NCBI GenBank assembly: GCA_963702005.1
Contig: OY969696.1
Coordinates: 3,040,001-3,104,000, forward strand
DNA: 64,000 bases
Direction of reading: 5' to 3'
Origin: Candidatus Aminicenantes bacterium
GTDB lineage: Bacteria > Acidobacteriota > Aminicenantia > Aminicenantales > JAFGBC01
Numbering within the stretch: position 1 is the stretch's first letter; each line of letters starts with the position of its first letter. A program made the translations under genes and the position numbers. This document shows, in pieces, positions 31,993 to 41,883 of this stretch. The notes under the pieces are model-generated. The model was not told the DNA's origin. It was given only the letters and a program-made list of their open reading frames with translations, and made no database searches.

Positions 31993-34437
31993 CTAGCGAT
32001 GCGGGGGCGGCGAGGTCCGGGTCTTCAGGCTTCGCCCGACCGGGCGACGAGCCGCCGAGGAGGCAGGTTTTTTGAGGGTGACGGTGTCCTTCAGAAAGAG
32101 GATGTTGTCGCCGAGCTTGGCATCCCGGAACTGTTCGAACCTATCTACGTAGGCGCCGATGTACAGGTAGACCTCATCATTGTAGTAATAGAAGCTCTCC
32201 GGTATGGCCGCCTGCAGAGCGTTAACAGAGATGCTCATCGTCGTTTCGAAGGCGCCGCCGGGGGCGATAGCGGGGACAGTCGCTTTGGACAGAAAGAGAT
32301 CGTCGTCGGTAATCGCATCGTCCAGGGACGCGTACAGCCAAACCAGCGTCGGACTCGAGGCCACGCTTCCGCCGTTCTTGATCCGAACGGTCGCTTTGAC
32401 CTTATCCCCGGATTCCCAGATGAGTTTGGGCAGGCTCAACGAGGAGACCTCGAAATCGAATTTTCCCGCGGCCGGCAGGGGCGGCTTCAAGACAAAAAGG
32501 CTGTTATAGTGTCGAAAGCCCTCTATCTGGTCGAGGTTGAGGGCGGCCCCGGGATCCTCTCCCCCGAAAACTGCCCAGGCGCTCCCGCTCACGTCATAGA
32601 CTCCGGCCGATGCGCAGAGAGAACGACCGCCCTGGGTCAACAGCGTCCAGTTCGCTCCGTCCCAGCTCCAAGTGTCGTTCAGATAGACCCAGCGATAATT
32701 GTAATATTCGTTGTAGTTGTTGGGATCCCGACAGATCCTGATCCCTTCCGTGAGGATGACACACTGCCGGAGGGCATCATAGAAAAGCACATGATAGCAC
32801 CTGGCCTGCGGCCAATTTCCGGCGGCGGCGGATGCGGTCGGCTTGGCCTTAGCGGACCAAGTTGTTCCGTCAAATTCCCAGACCGTGTCAAAGAGAGGGG
32901 GCCACATCCGGCTATATTCCGTGCCCTCTCCGCCGAACAAGACCAGTACGCCCCTTCGGGCGTCATAGGCCATAGCCGTGCCAAAGATCTCCCCGGATTC
33001 AGGGGAAACGGTCGTCAGGATCTGTGTCCAGGTTTGGGACTGCCACTGCCATTTAAAGGTCCTACAGTCCCGGCTGACCAGGATGAAGGTGCCTAATTTC
33101 GGATAATAAGCCATGGCTCCCGACGTCGCCGGGCCGTTGAGGGCCGCCTGGGTCCATCTCTGGCCGTTATAAGTCCAGGTGTCCTTCAGTGCTTGCCATT
33201 GGGAGTCCCAGCCGCCGTGGAGGACGACGACCTTCACCGCTTCGTCATAGGCCATCGAGGGGGACCGTCTCGCCGATGGTCCGCTCACGGCAATCTTCGT
33301 CCACCCGTTTTCGTCTCGCTCCCAGGTATCGTTGAATAACTTCAGGCTCACGCGGCTCGAGTCGGCTTCTCCGCCGAACAGCACCAGCTTCTTTCTTGAG
33401 GCATCGTAGGTGAGACCGTGGCGAGCCCTCGCGTCCGGAACGCTTAGGCTGATCTGAACCCAGCCATTATTCTTGAACGCCCAGGTGTCCGACAGGATAA
33501 GTGCCGTTCCCCGCCATCCCCCAAAGAGGAGGACCCGGTCCTGCTCGGAATCGTAGGCCATGGCGGCTCCGGCCCGGGCCGACGGGCCTCCGCTCGCGAT
33601 CTTGCTCCACTTACCGGCCTTGAATTGCCAAGTCGCGCCCAGGAGAGCCGTCCCCTTGAGGCCTCCAAAAAGAACGACCCGTTGGCGAGCCGAGTCGAAC
33701 GTCATGCTGGGCGTATTCCGCGCCCCGGGGTTCGGGCCAGCGATCTTGGTCCAGACGTTCCCCTTCAGGGCCCAGGTGTCGCTCAGATCGGCGGCGGCCA
33801 AACCTCCATAAAGGATGAACTCCCGGCGGACGGAATCATAGACCAGGGCGTGCTTCCATCGGGCGGGCGGAGCCGCGGCGATCGTCAGCTTGGTCCAGGC
33901 ACCGTTCTCGTACTTCCAGGTGTCATTCTCAAAGCCGGCGGCGGAACGTCCGCCGAAGAGGATGACGGCCTTGGATTCGCTGTCGTAGGCCATGGCGGCT
34001 CCCTCGCGCGCGGAGGGGCCCGCCGTCGCCGAGGCCTTGACCCAGCCGTTCTTGAAGAGCCACAGGTCGCCGCAGAGAATCCCGTAGGCCGCTCCTCCGA
34101 AAACCATCATTTCGCCCCTGGCCGCATGAAAGCAGGAGGCGAACCGGCTCCGAGCCGAAGGGACGGGGGCCGACGGCCCGGCTGAAAACCGTTTCCAGAC
34201 TCCATTTTGGAAAATCCAGGTGTCCTGATGGGCGCGGCCGTAGGCGATGCCGCCGAACAGGATCATACGTTTCTGCCCGGCGTCATAGACCATGCCGCTA
34301 TCGGTTCTATCAGACGGAGGAAAAATGAGCTTCCAAGGCCCCTCTTGGCCGAGAAGAGCCAGGGAGGCCGAATAAACCATGGCGGTCAAGGCAGCAACCC
34401 TCCAAAAAACAAGACGAGTCTGTTTTGTCGAATTCAT
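31993..34437 (-). CDS. Secreted Kelch-repeat beta-propeller with C-terminal CARDB-like domain
   Basis: Repeated PSARxxxxMAYD...LFGG...DTW units; TVRIKNGG...LYASLD domain; RBS GGAGG. Confidence 0.85.
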   Translation of the reverse strand: MNSTKQTRLVFWRVAALTAMVYSASLALLGQEGPWKLIFPPSDRTDSGMVYDAGQKRMILFGGIAYGRAHQDTWIFQNGVWKRFSAGPSAPVPSARSRFASCFHAARGEMMVFGGAAYGILCGDLWLFKNGWVKASATAGPSAREGAAMAYDSESKAVILFGGRSAAGFENDTWKYENGAWTKLTIAAAPPARWKHALVYDSVRREFILYGGLAAADLSDTWALKGNVWTKIAGPNPGARNTPSMTFDSARQRVVLFGGLKGTALLGATWQFKAGKWSKIASGGPSARAGAAMAYDSEQDRVLLFGGWRGTALILSDTWAFKNNGWVQISLSVPDARARHGLTYDASRKKLVLFGGEADSSRVSLKLFNDTWERDENGWTKIAVSGPSARRSPSMAYDEAVKVVVLHGGWDSQWQALKDTWTYNGQRWTQAALNGPATSGAMAYYPKLGTFILVSRDCRTFKWQWQSQTWTQILTTVSPESGEIFGTAMAYDARRGVLVLFGGEGTEYSRMWPPLFDTVWEFDGTTWSAKAKPTASAAAGNWPQARCYHVLFYDALRQCVILTEGIRICRDPNNYNEYYNYRWVYLNDTWSWDGANWTLLTQGGRSLCASAGVYDVSGSAWAVFGGEDPGAALNLDQIEGFRHYNSLFVLKPPLPAAGKFDFEVSSLSLPKLIWESGDKVKATVRIKNGGSVASSPTLVWLYASLDDAITDDDLFLSKATVPAIAPGGAFETTMSISVNALQAAIPESFYYYNDEVYLYIGAYVDRFEQFRDAKLGDNILFLKDTVTLKKPASSAARRPVGRSLKTRTSPPPHR

Positions 34438-34493
34438 TTTTTTCCCTCCGTGAAGATACCATGACACGCGTCTCCGGCGGTTTGGATCGAAAG

Positions 34494-34645
34494 TGACCTG
34501 CCCCCGATCAATGTGCCACCCCTGCATTGAGGTTTTCAAACCATTTCACCTCCGGCGCTGGCGGCTTATAGCCCATAGAATTGTACAGCCTAAAGTTATT
34601 GTATTCCTGTCGCCAGCCCTCGACAAGAACCTTTGCTTCCATCTG
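34494..34645 (-). mobile_element. IS3-family right-end fragment
   Basis: Terminal TGACCTGCCCCC; minus strand encodes orfB C-terminus EAKVLVEGWRQEYNNFRLYNSMGYKPPAPE. Confidence 0.78.
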
Positions 34646-34656
34646 CGTTCTCATTC

Positions 34657-34725
34657 CCACTGTGTCACTTTTGTGTCACCTATTTGCATTATTCCATACA
34701 AACAATGCAAACGGCGGGAACAGTA
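34657..34725. repeat. Integrase att-arm-like segment, copy 1
   Basis: 67/69 identical to 50840-50908; contains tandem TGTGTCAC x2. Confidence 0.85.
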
Positions 34726-34760
34726 AAGATCCCCGCGGCAAGCCGCGGGGATCTTTACTG
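34721..34760. repeat. Perfect 19-bp inverted repeat (REP/IS200-IS605-like hairpin)
   Basis: CAGTAAAGATCCCCGCGGC-AA-GCCGCGGGGATCTTTACTG. Confidence 0.85.
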
Positions 34761-35286
34761 ATAACCTCCACTTTGATCATATCATCCCCTTCACGCTTGG
34801 CGGCTCTTCTCTGGTGGCTGAGAATATTCAGCTTCTATGTGCGCGGCATAATATCGCAAAAAAAGATAAGATCGAATAAATCGAGAGAACGGTCACAATT
34901 TGGTCACAATCCTCTCTTAGTGGAGTTGCCCCTCCCCTGTTTCTGATTGATATTATAGGAGATCTAGGGTGCTTCCGGCGCGAGGGCGTTGGAGGGGGTA
35001 TCTGGACTTGCCCTGGGTGTACTGAAATTATATCCAGAAATCGATATTCAGCTGCCTAGCGCCGAGCTCGGTGGTCTGATATGATCACCTTTCAGGTTCC
35101 GTAGCCTAGCTCCATATTGGAGCATAGAGGAAGGCTAGCGCGAGAGCCAAACGCCGAACCGGCAGCTTGTCATTTGAAATTCTTTACCGAATTGGCTAAA
35201 ATTAAGCCCACCTGAATGCTGGTTGTCGGCTGAAGGCTTAAGGTTTAGCAAAGACAACTATGACTAGCTCACGGGAGGTCGCTCTG

Positions 35287-35898
35287 ATGCATTTTCAAAA
35301 AGTCAATGTCGGGTCTCTGATGCTTGGGGTCTTGCTGGCTTTTACGGCCGGAAATGGCTTCAGTAACGCCGCGGCGCAAATCAGCTCAGAAAAATGGTTA
35401 TATTTCAAGTTCAAGTCCGGACAGTTTTTTCGATATGAGATGAAGTCGGAGAGGGGGCTCAAAGGCTGGCTAAGCATCAAAATCGAAGACGGGAGCAACG
35501 GAGTCTTGAATGTGACTCTTGCCGGGAACTGGACGGGAGAGTTTTCGGAAACCGCTAAGCTGAAACCGGGCATGTCGCCTTTTGATCTCGTCTATGCCTT
35601 CAAGAACGCCGAGATCTCAAATGCCGCAGGCAGCCTTCTCAACATCGACGCCGTAGTCGTTGACAATACGATGTGGAAGGATGGTTTTCACTGGGCTCAG
35701 GGCGACACATCCATTGACGTCAAGGGCGAGAAGGAATGTGCCGGGATCAAAGGGCTGCTTGTTGTTTACGGCAGCAAAGTCTTTGGAAGGGTTCAGAAAA
35801 GAACCTACGGCGTGAATTCCGATCTCCCCCTTCCTCTTTATGCCGAGGTTCCTGCGGCCAACGATACCTGGACTTACACATTGGTGGAAAGAAAATAG
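35287..35898 (+). CDS. Secreted hypothetical protein
   Basis: RBS GGGAGG before ATG 35287; signal peptide ending AAA-Q. Confidence 0.7.
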   Translation: MHFQKVNVGSLMLGVLLAFTAGNGFSNAAAQISSEKWLYFKFKSGQFFRYEMKSERGLKGWLSIKIEDGSNGVLNVTLAGNWTGEFSETAKLKPGMSPFDLVYAFKNAEISNAAGSLLNIDAVVVDNTMWKDGFHWAQGDTSIDVKGEKECAGIKGLLVVYGSKVFGRVQKRTYGVNSDLPLPLYAEVPAANDTWTYTLVERK

Positions 35899-36038
35899 AT
35901 TTAAGAAACCGACAAAACCGCTATTTCCGTTTCTGACATCAACAGGTAATCTCAGCGCCCCCACTGTACGGGGCGCTGCATGGTAACGCCCATTTCGTCG
36001 ATGATATCCTGGGTACTGTCCCTTTCTCTTGCTCAAAA

Positions 36039-37099
36039 TGGACCTCATCCCTTAAAAATGGTCCGGACATGAAGAAGTACGGGGGGCTGGGCGTCTCGGA
36101 GCTGCGGCGGCTGAGGCAGCTTGAGGAGGAAAACCGGCAGCTCAAGCGCCTGGTGGCGGATTTAACGCTCGACAAGCCGATGCTCCAGGATGTCCTCTCC
36201 AAAAAATTCTGAAGCCAGCTCAGAGGCGGGAGCGAGTGGTTGCTCTCGAGGAGGCCTATTGGGTGAGCGAACGGCGGGCCTGCCGGGTCGTCGGGTTCTG
36301 CCGTTGACAGCCGTACGTCCCACCGGTATCGCTCGCACCGCAGAGACGACCGGGCCCTGCGGCAGCGGATCGTCGAGATCGCGGAGACGCGCGTTCGGTA
36401 CGGGTATCGGCGGGTCCATGTTCTGCTTCGGCGCGAGGGCTGGCGCGTCAATCATAAGCGGACCTATCGGATCTACTGCGAAGAGGGGCTTCACTTGAGG
36501 AGGAAACGACCTCGTCGACATGTCTCTGGAAGCCGGCGGATGGCGCGGCCGGAAGCTGACCGTCTCAACGCCTGCTGGAGCATGGACTTTGTCTCAGACA
36601 GCCTCTTTAACGGCCACCGGTTCCGGGCCTTAACGATAGTCGATAATTATAGTCAGGAGTATCTGGCCATCGAAGCCGGCCAGAGCATGACGGGCGCGGA
36701 AGTCGCGGCTGTCATCGAGCGGCTGGTGAAGGAGCGGGGCGCTCCGGACCGCATCCAATGCGACAACGGCAGCGAATTTATCTCAAGGGCATTGGATAAG
36801 TGGGCGTATGAAAACGGGGTCATGATGGACTTCTCAAGGCCCGGTAAGCCTATGGATAACGCGATGATCGAGTCGTTCAACGGTTCATTCCGGGACGAAT
36901 GCTTGAACGTCAATTGGTTCTTGTCGATGGAGGATGCCCGGGAGAAGATAGAGAAGTGGCGAATGGATTACAATGAGTTCCGGCCGCACAGTTCGCTCGG
37001 AGACTTGACGCCGAGGCAATTCGTTGATACATACAAGAGAAGCTTAAAAAGCCAAAAAACTCCATTTTTGGCTGGACCAGTTTTCGGGTGAGGCGCCCA
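36039..37099 (+). mobile_element. IS3-family element, defective copy 1
   Basis: IRL TGGACCTCATCCCTTAAAAATGGTCCGGACA; orfA 5' deleted; orfB DDE motifs WSMDF, DNGSEF and IESFNG; 10-bp insertion at 36305; matching IRR at 37069-37099. Confidence 0.92.
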
Positions 37100-37122
37100 T
37101 TCCAAGGTCTTTCTCATCATAC

Positions 37123-37149
37123 CTGGACCGATCTTCAGGGGGCAGGTCA
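37123..37149. mobile_element. Orphan IS3-family terminal inverted repeat
   Basis: CTGGACCGATCTTCAGGGGGCAGGTCA, complementary to the TGACCTGCCCC ends elsewhere in the window. Confidence 0.6.
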
Positions 37150-37233
37150 GTTTCGTATGTTTTTTTCGTAGGAGGCCGGCACGGAAATGCTTCTCGCCTT
37201 AATAAGCTCTTCGGCGCCGTGGCGAGAGATTGT

Positions 37234-39465
37234 TCACATCTTAGCGAGGCCTATGGTAAAAATATTTTTTGCGCCTTTCTCAACATGAATCTTAGTCCTC
37301 TTTGTCTGATATCCTAAAGAGCTAACTTGTATTTCATATTCTCCTGCAAATCCTTTAAAGACAAATTTTCCATCGCCAGAAGCTGCGCCTTCCCCACTTG
37401 TAACCCAGCTTCCCAATAAATCCCGTAGCCTAAAAAAGGCTTTTTTCGGCTTCAAGTATCTATCAAATAATCCAACGTTAGCATAACCGTTGTTTGGATC
37501 ATCAAAAGTCGCGAGCCAGATGACGCCAAGACAGCTTGGCTTACTGAAAGCTAGAGTGTAGAGATAGCGGGCATAAGCTGCTTGGGCTTCTTCACTGAGA
37601 CCATGCCAATACCACTTGGGAATCAGGCCACAGCCAGGTTTATAGTATTTTTTATCCGATTCCTTCAAAGGACCGGACGGAAGCCACGCTTCCGATATGA
37701 AGTAAGGCTTCTTTGCGGCGCCATAGTAGTCTAGGATCTGGCTTAATCTCAACATATCAATTGGCGGATAAGCAGTGCCGTAATATATTTCTAGGCCTAG
37801 AGCGTCATAATCTACCCCTTTTTGCTTCAACTTCTCATCGAGCTTCAAGCCATAGGGAACAGAAGAAATGGGTATGTTCATTGGATTGTAGGCGGGCCAT
37901 GCGATCCATCCCAGGTTGAAGTATAAAGTCGACTCTGGATTGGCTGTTTTCCCGGCTCTGTAAATGCCGGCCATAACCGATACGAGCCCTGCTTCGTTGA
38001 GGTCGGTGATCTCATTGAACCAAACAGCCTGTTCTGGTTCGTTGAAGACATTCCATAGCCAAATTTTTTGTTTAAAATGCGAAATTAAATCGCGCACGAA
38101 TTTCTGAGCGAGCGCCTTGAATTCCTCGACATTTCTTCCTTTAGCATTCTCCGGTTCAGAGGCGCTTCCTATCCACACCAGCCCGCCATCGGCAACGAGA
38201 CTCTTCAATCCCGCCCTGGAAATCTTTTCATACAGCCAATCATTGGAAGAAATATCCTTGGCCAGGACAGTCCAGGGGAGTTCAATATGCATATAGTTGA
38301 ATCCCGCGCTCAAACAATCTAACAGGACCTTTTGATAATCATAATCGCCAAAATACCAACCCCCGACATATCCTCCGCCGAAAGCGAAGTCATGCGATTT
38401 TTGATCATATTGAATCTTGAAATCCGGGATTCTTTCCCCTGTTCCATCGACGGCAACAATCTTAACATCCAGCTTTCTGTACTTTTCGATATCCTGCTCT
38501 GCCGATTTTAAGGCTAATGATTCCTTAGCTTTCAATGTATTCGTCAAAGATTTATAGGCTGCTTGTGATATTAATTTTTCGTCTCTGCAAGACATCGATT
38601 CACTTGCCATCGCGCCAGCGGCAGCGATCAAGGAAGACACATCATGGAAAAAAGCATACCCCTTTGACCTATATTCATTATATAAATCTCGCAATTTCCG
38701 CGACTCTGTCTTAGCAAATTCAGCCACGATATCCAATGTCAGGAGTTCCGATTGATTCACGGCATATCCCGCCCCTCCATTATCCGCCTCCAATATCACG
38801 GAGCCAACAGAGGGAACTTCCCATAAGCCAAGGATCTTCACTTTCATTCCTACAGGAATGAGCATGACAGCGGGATTCTTGTCTGTCCCATCTTCCCATC
38901 CCCAGAAAACCGGCTTCAGGCTCCCCTTCTGACTATGGATATCATTACCATAAGGCTGTAAATCAACGGGGAATATGCCAAAACATGATGCATCAAAAAA
39001 GTCTTGCCGATACATGAGGTTCCCTTTAGGGTCAAGGCTCTTAAGCCAGATCGTCCCGGCTTTTCCCAAGATAAAATTGACATTGGTGACATGAGTCACG
39101 GCTATTTTTCTATCTTGCTGCATCCAAGTTGAAGGTAACCGAACGTTCCCAATCTGTATGACGGCACCAGGCTCAGCGCTGATCCAATAGCTATTTTCTT
39201 TTGTTACCGAAATTTCATACCTGCCATTTTTATCCGTATATCCAAAGCCAAGTTGCGCCCCATTCTGCACTGAAGTCACGCCAATATAAATACGCTCTAT
39301 TGGCAAACCCATCGGGTCCGTTACCCGACCTGTTATCTTAATTTTATTAATGGCTTCAAAGCCGGCCAATAAATCATTATTTGTAAGATTAGAAATCGCA
39401 GGTCGATTATGACCGATAAGCATAAAAGGAACGATAAACAATAAGCCGAAACAATTACGCTTCAT
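37234..39465 (-). CDS. Secreted protein with carboxypeptidase-regulatory-like domain and GH10-like (clan GH-A) TIM barrel
   Basis: ITGRVTD..G.P, TDKNGRYEI; WNVFNEP acid/base; FISE nucleophile; GLFD...PKKAF; AT-rich. Confidence 0.72.
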   Translation of the reverse strand: MKRNCFGLLFIVPFMLIGHNRPAISNLTNNDLLAGFEAINKIKITGRVTDPMGLPIERIYIGVTSVQNGAQLGFGYTDKNGRYEISVTKENSYWISAEPGAVIQIGNVRLPSTWMQQDRKIAVTHVTNVNFILGKAGTIWLKSLDPKGNLMYRQDFFDASCFGIFPVDLQPYGNDIHSQKGSLKPVFWGWEDGTDKNPAVMLIPVGMKVKILGLWEVPSVGSVILEADNGGAGYAVNQSELLTLDIVAEFAKTESRKLRDLYNEYRSKGYAFFHDVSSLIAAAGAMASESMSCRDEKLISQAAYKSLTNTLKAKESLALKSAEQDIEKYRKLDVKIVAVDGTGERIPDFKIQYDQKSHDFAFGGGYVGGWYFGDYDYQKVLLDCLSAGFNYMHIELPWTVLAKDISSNDWLYEKISRAGLKSLVADGGLVWIGSASEPENAKGRNVEEFKALAQKFVRDLISHFKQKIWLWNVFNEPEQAVWFNEITDLNEAGLVSVMAGIYRAGKTANPESTLYFNLGWIAWPAYNPMNIPISSVPYGLKLDEKLKQKGVDYDALGLEIYYGTAYPPIDMLRLSQILDYYGAAKKPYFISEAWLPSGPLKESDKKYYKPGCGLIPKWYWHGLSEEAQAAYARYLYTLAFSKPSCLGVIWLATFDDPNNGYANVGLFDRYLKPKKAFFRLRDLLGSWVTSGEGAASGDGKFVFKGFAGEYEIQVSSLGYQTKRTKIHVEKGAKNIFTIGLAKM

Positions 39466-39782
39466 AGAAAGCCTTCCTTGCCCTTGGCTATGATATCCTG
39501 CTATTTCGCGTCGAAAATCTCATCACGCCGCTTTTGGATAACTTATATCAAGGCTCAAAGCCTGTCAAGGACGGCTCGAGAGAACGGAGAGACGGCGATG
39601 ATGAAAGGCATTATTCAACTCCAGACTCCCCTTTAGGCGAATATAATTGCTTATTCCCGGCTGGTCTAGTAGCTTTATAGACTTCTCCCCATGTAACGCC
39701 GGTGTAACAGATTGTGCCTAATCTCGCTTAATCTTGGCTAATGGTGCTTAAAGGGATTCAGAGGAAAACAAGGAAAAAGGAG

Positions 39783-39855
39783 CGCGCCCGGCAAGATTCG
39801 AACTTGCGACCTTTGGATTCGAAGTCCATCGCTCTATCCACTGAGCTACGGGCGC
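39783..39855 (-). tRNA. tRNA-Arg(TCG)
   Basis: GCGCCCGTAGCTCAGTGGATAGAGCGATGGACTTCGAATCCAAAGGTCGCAAGTTCGAATCTTGCCGGGCGCG; full cloverleaf with A-A mismatch at the top of the anticodon stem. Confidence 0.93.
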
Positions 39856-39968
39856 GCATTGAGTCTATCTTATTGATTTTAATTAAATGGCTGTTCTTGA
39901 CTCGTCTCATCGCCGGGTGGCTCATTCTTATCAATTCTTTGCGCTTATCAGACTAATCGGTTCAATCG

Positions 39969-41330
39969 TTAATACTTAATGGTCGCGTAGTCGTAATTGG
40001 TGCCTGAACCCCAACTCGTTCCGGCGACATAGATATGGCCCGAGCCGTCTACGGCAATGGCCTCTGCTTCATCCCTGCCCTTACCGGGCCCGTTGTACCT
40101 TTTTGCCCAGAGCTGGTTGCCGTTTGTGTTGTACTTAACGGTGGCGTAGTCGGTCCCGGTGTCTGAACCATAGCTATGTCCAGTGACATAGACATTGCCC
40201 GAGCCGTCCGCGGCAATAGCATATGCAGAGTCATAACCATTTCCTGGCCCGTTGTATCTCTTGACCCAGAGCTGTTTACCGCTTGTGTTGTACTTGATGG
40301 TGGCGTAGTCATAATCGGTACCTGAGCCTTTGCTCGTTCCGGTGACATAGACATTGCCCGAGCCGTCCACCGCAATGGCCGATGCGTCATCAGAGCCGTT
40401 ATCTGGCCCGTCATAGTTTTTTACCCAGAGCTGTTTGCCGTTTGGGCTGTACTTGATGGTGGCGTAGTCGTATGCAGTCCATGAACCCCAACACGTTCCG
40501 GTGACATAGACATTGCCCGAGCCGTCCACCGCAATGGCCTCTGCGTAATCATTGTTGTCTTCACTGTCACCGGGCCCGTTGTACCTTTTTGCCCAGAGCT
40601 GGTTTCCGTTTGTGTTGTACTTGATGGTGGCGTAGTCGGTCCCGGTGTCTGAACCATAGCCATGTCCAGTGACATAGACATTGCCCGAGCCGTCCACCGC
40701 AATCGCTGTTGCATCATCATAGTTATGACCCGGACCGTCGTACCTGCCGACCCAAAGCTGTTTTCCGTTTGTGTTGTACTTTATGGTGGCGTAGTCGTAA
40801 TCGGTGCCTGAACCCCGGCTATGTCCGGTGACATAAACATTGCCCGAAGCGTCCACTGCAATGGCCGATGCGTAATCTTCGCCGTTACCTGGACCGTTGT
40901 ACCTTTTTACCCAGAGCTGGTTGCCGTTTGGGCTGTACTTGATGGTGGCATAGTCGCGAACGAGGCTTGAGCCCGAGCTCGAACCGGTCACGTAGACATT
41001 CCCCGAACCGTCCGCGGCAATGGCCTCTGCGTAATCATACCAGTTACCTGGCCCGTTGTACCTTTTTACCCAGAGCTGTTTGCCGTTTGTGTTGTACTTG
41101 ATGGTGGCGTAGTCGTAATGAGTGCCTGAGCCCCAGCTATGTCCGGTGACATAGACATTGCCCAAGCGGTCCACCGCAAGCCCCGATATCCAATCTTCGC
41201 CGTTACCTGGCCCGTTATACCTCGCCACCCACTTCTCTTGTTGGGCAAGGCCGTGCGCCCTTCCCAAAGGAATCAACAAGGGGACACAAACAAGAATTGA
41301 ACTGATGGTGATCCAAACCCTCTTCTTCAT
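39969..41330 (-). CDS. Secreted SBBP-repeat beta-propeller protein
   Basis: Seven near-identical units AIAVDGSGNVYVTG...DYATIKY...GKQLWVKRYNGPG; signal peptide. Confidence 0.88.
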   Translation of the reverse strand: MKKRVWITISSILVCVPLLIPLGRAHGLAQQEKWVARYNGPGNGEDWISGLAVDRLGNVYVTGHSWGSGTHYDYATIKYNTNGKQLWVKRYNGPGNWYDYAEAIAADGSGNVYVTGSSSGSSLVRDYATIKYSPNGNQLWVKRYNGPGNGEDYASAIAVDASGNVYVTGHSRGSGTDYDYATIKYNTNGKQLWVGRYDGPGHNYDDATAIAVDGSGNVYVTGHGYGSDTGTDYATIKYNTNGNQLWAKRYNGPGDSEDNNDYAEAIAVDGSGNVYVTGTCWGSWTAYDYATIKYSPNGKQLWVKNYDGPDNGSDDASAIAVDGSGNVYVTGTSKGSGTDYDYATIKYNTSGKQLWVKRYNGPGNGYDSAYAIAADGSGNVYVTGHSYGSDTGTDYATVKYNTNGNQLWAKRYNGPGKGRDEAEAIAVDGSGHIYVAGTSWGSGTNYDYATIKY

Positions 41331-41668
41331 CTCACTCCTCCTTAAAGCCTCACCATTCTTTTATCCAGAAGGCATCGGCAGGACGCCTCTTGAGCTTGGC
41401 GGGCGAGTTGCCCCTTCAAGGGCGTGGTGAAAGGCCGTTCCGAGCGCTAAATCTCCCCTCCTGATCACGATAGTATAGTAATGCCGCCACATAGTTCTAT
41501 TCAAGTGACGAAAACTTGTGCAGAAAAAATTGACGGGATTAGTGACGTGTTCAAACGGAATTACCTAAGAATACCTAAGACTATTTAAGACAAATCAACG
41601 TTCTGATATTCAATGAATTAAGGCCATTTTCAGGGAAAAACAGGCTAAAGTGTCTTACAGCTTAGATC

Positions 41669-41709
41669 GGATTCGAAGTCCATCGCTCTATCCACTGAGC
41701 TACGGGCGC
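41669..41709 (-). other. tRNA-Arg(TCG) 5'-half duplicate (att scar)
   Basis: 41 nt identical to 39815-39855, ending just after the anticodon loop; TTGAGG-18 bp-TAAGAT promoter-like motif upstream. Confidence 0.9.
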
Positions 41710-41765
41710 ATCCAGGAGTACAATCTTATCTCATCTGGCCGAGCGACCTCAAGAGCGTCCTGATG

Positions 41766-41829
41766 GACCTGCCCCCGCTCAATATCCCACCTCTGAAGTG
41801 AGATTTTCGAGCGTTTGGGTGGCAGGTCA
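41766..41829. mobile_element. Miniature (~65 bp) IS3-end derivative
   Basis: GACCTGCC...GGCAGGTCA inverted ends; interior similar to 50739-50790. Confidence 0.65.
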
Positions 41830-41883
41830 GCAATTGTAATCCTTTTTTAATATTAATAATTTAGCGTGATTTCTCTTATCTAT

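Noticed and set aside
39969-41230. Regular ~180-190-bp DNA repeats as a CRISPR array or DGR
   Set aside because: They are in-frame coding repeats of the SBBP protein; no spacers, cas genes or reverse transcriptase seen in the window.
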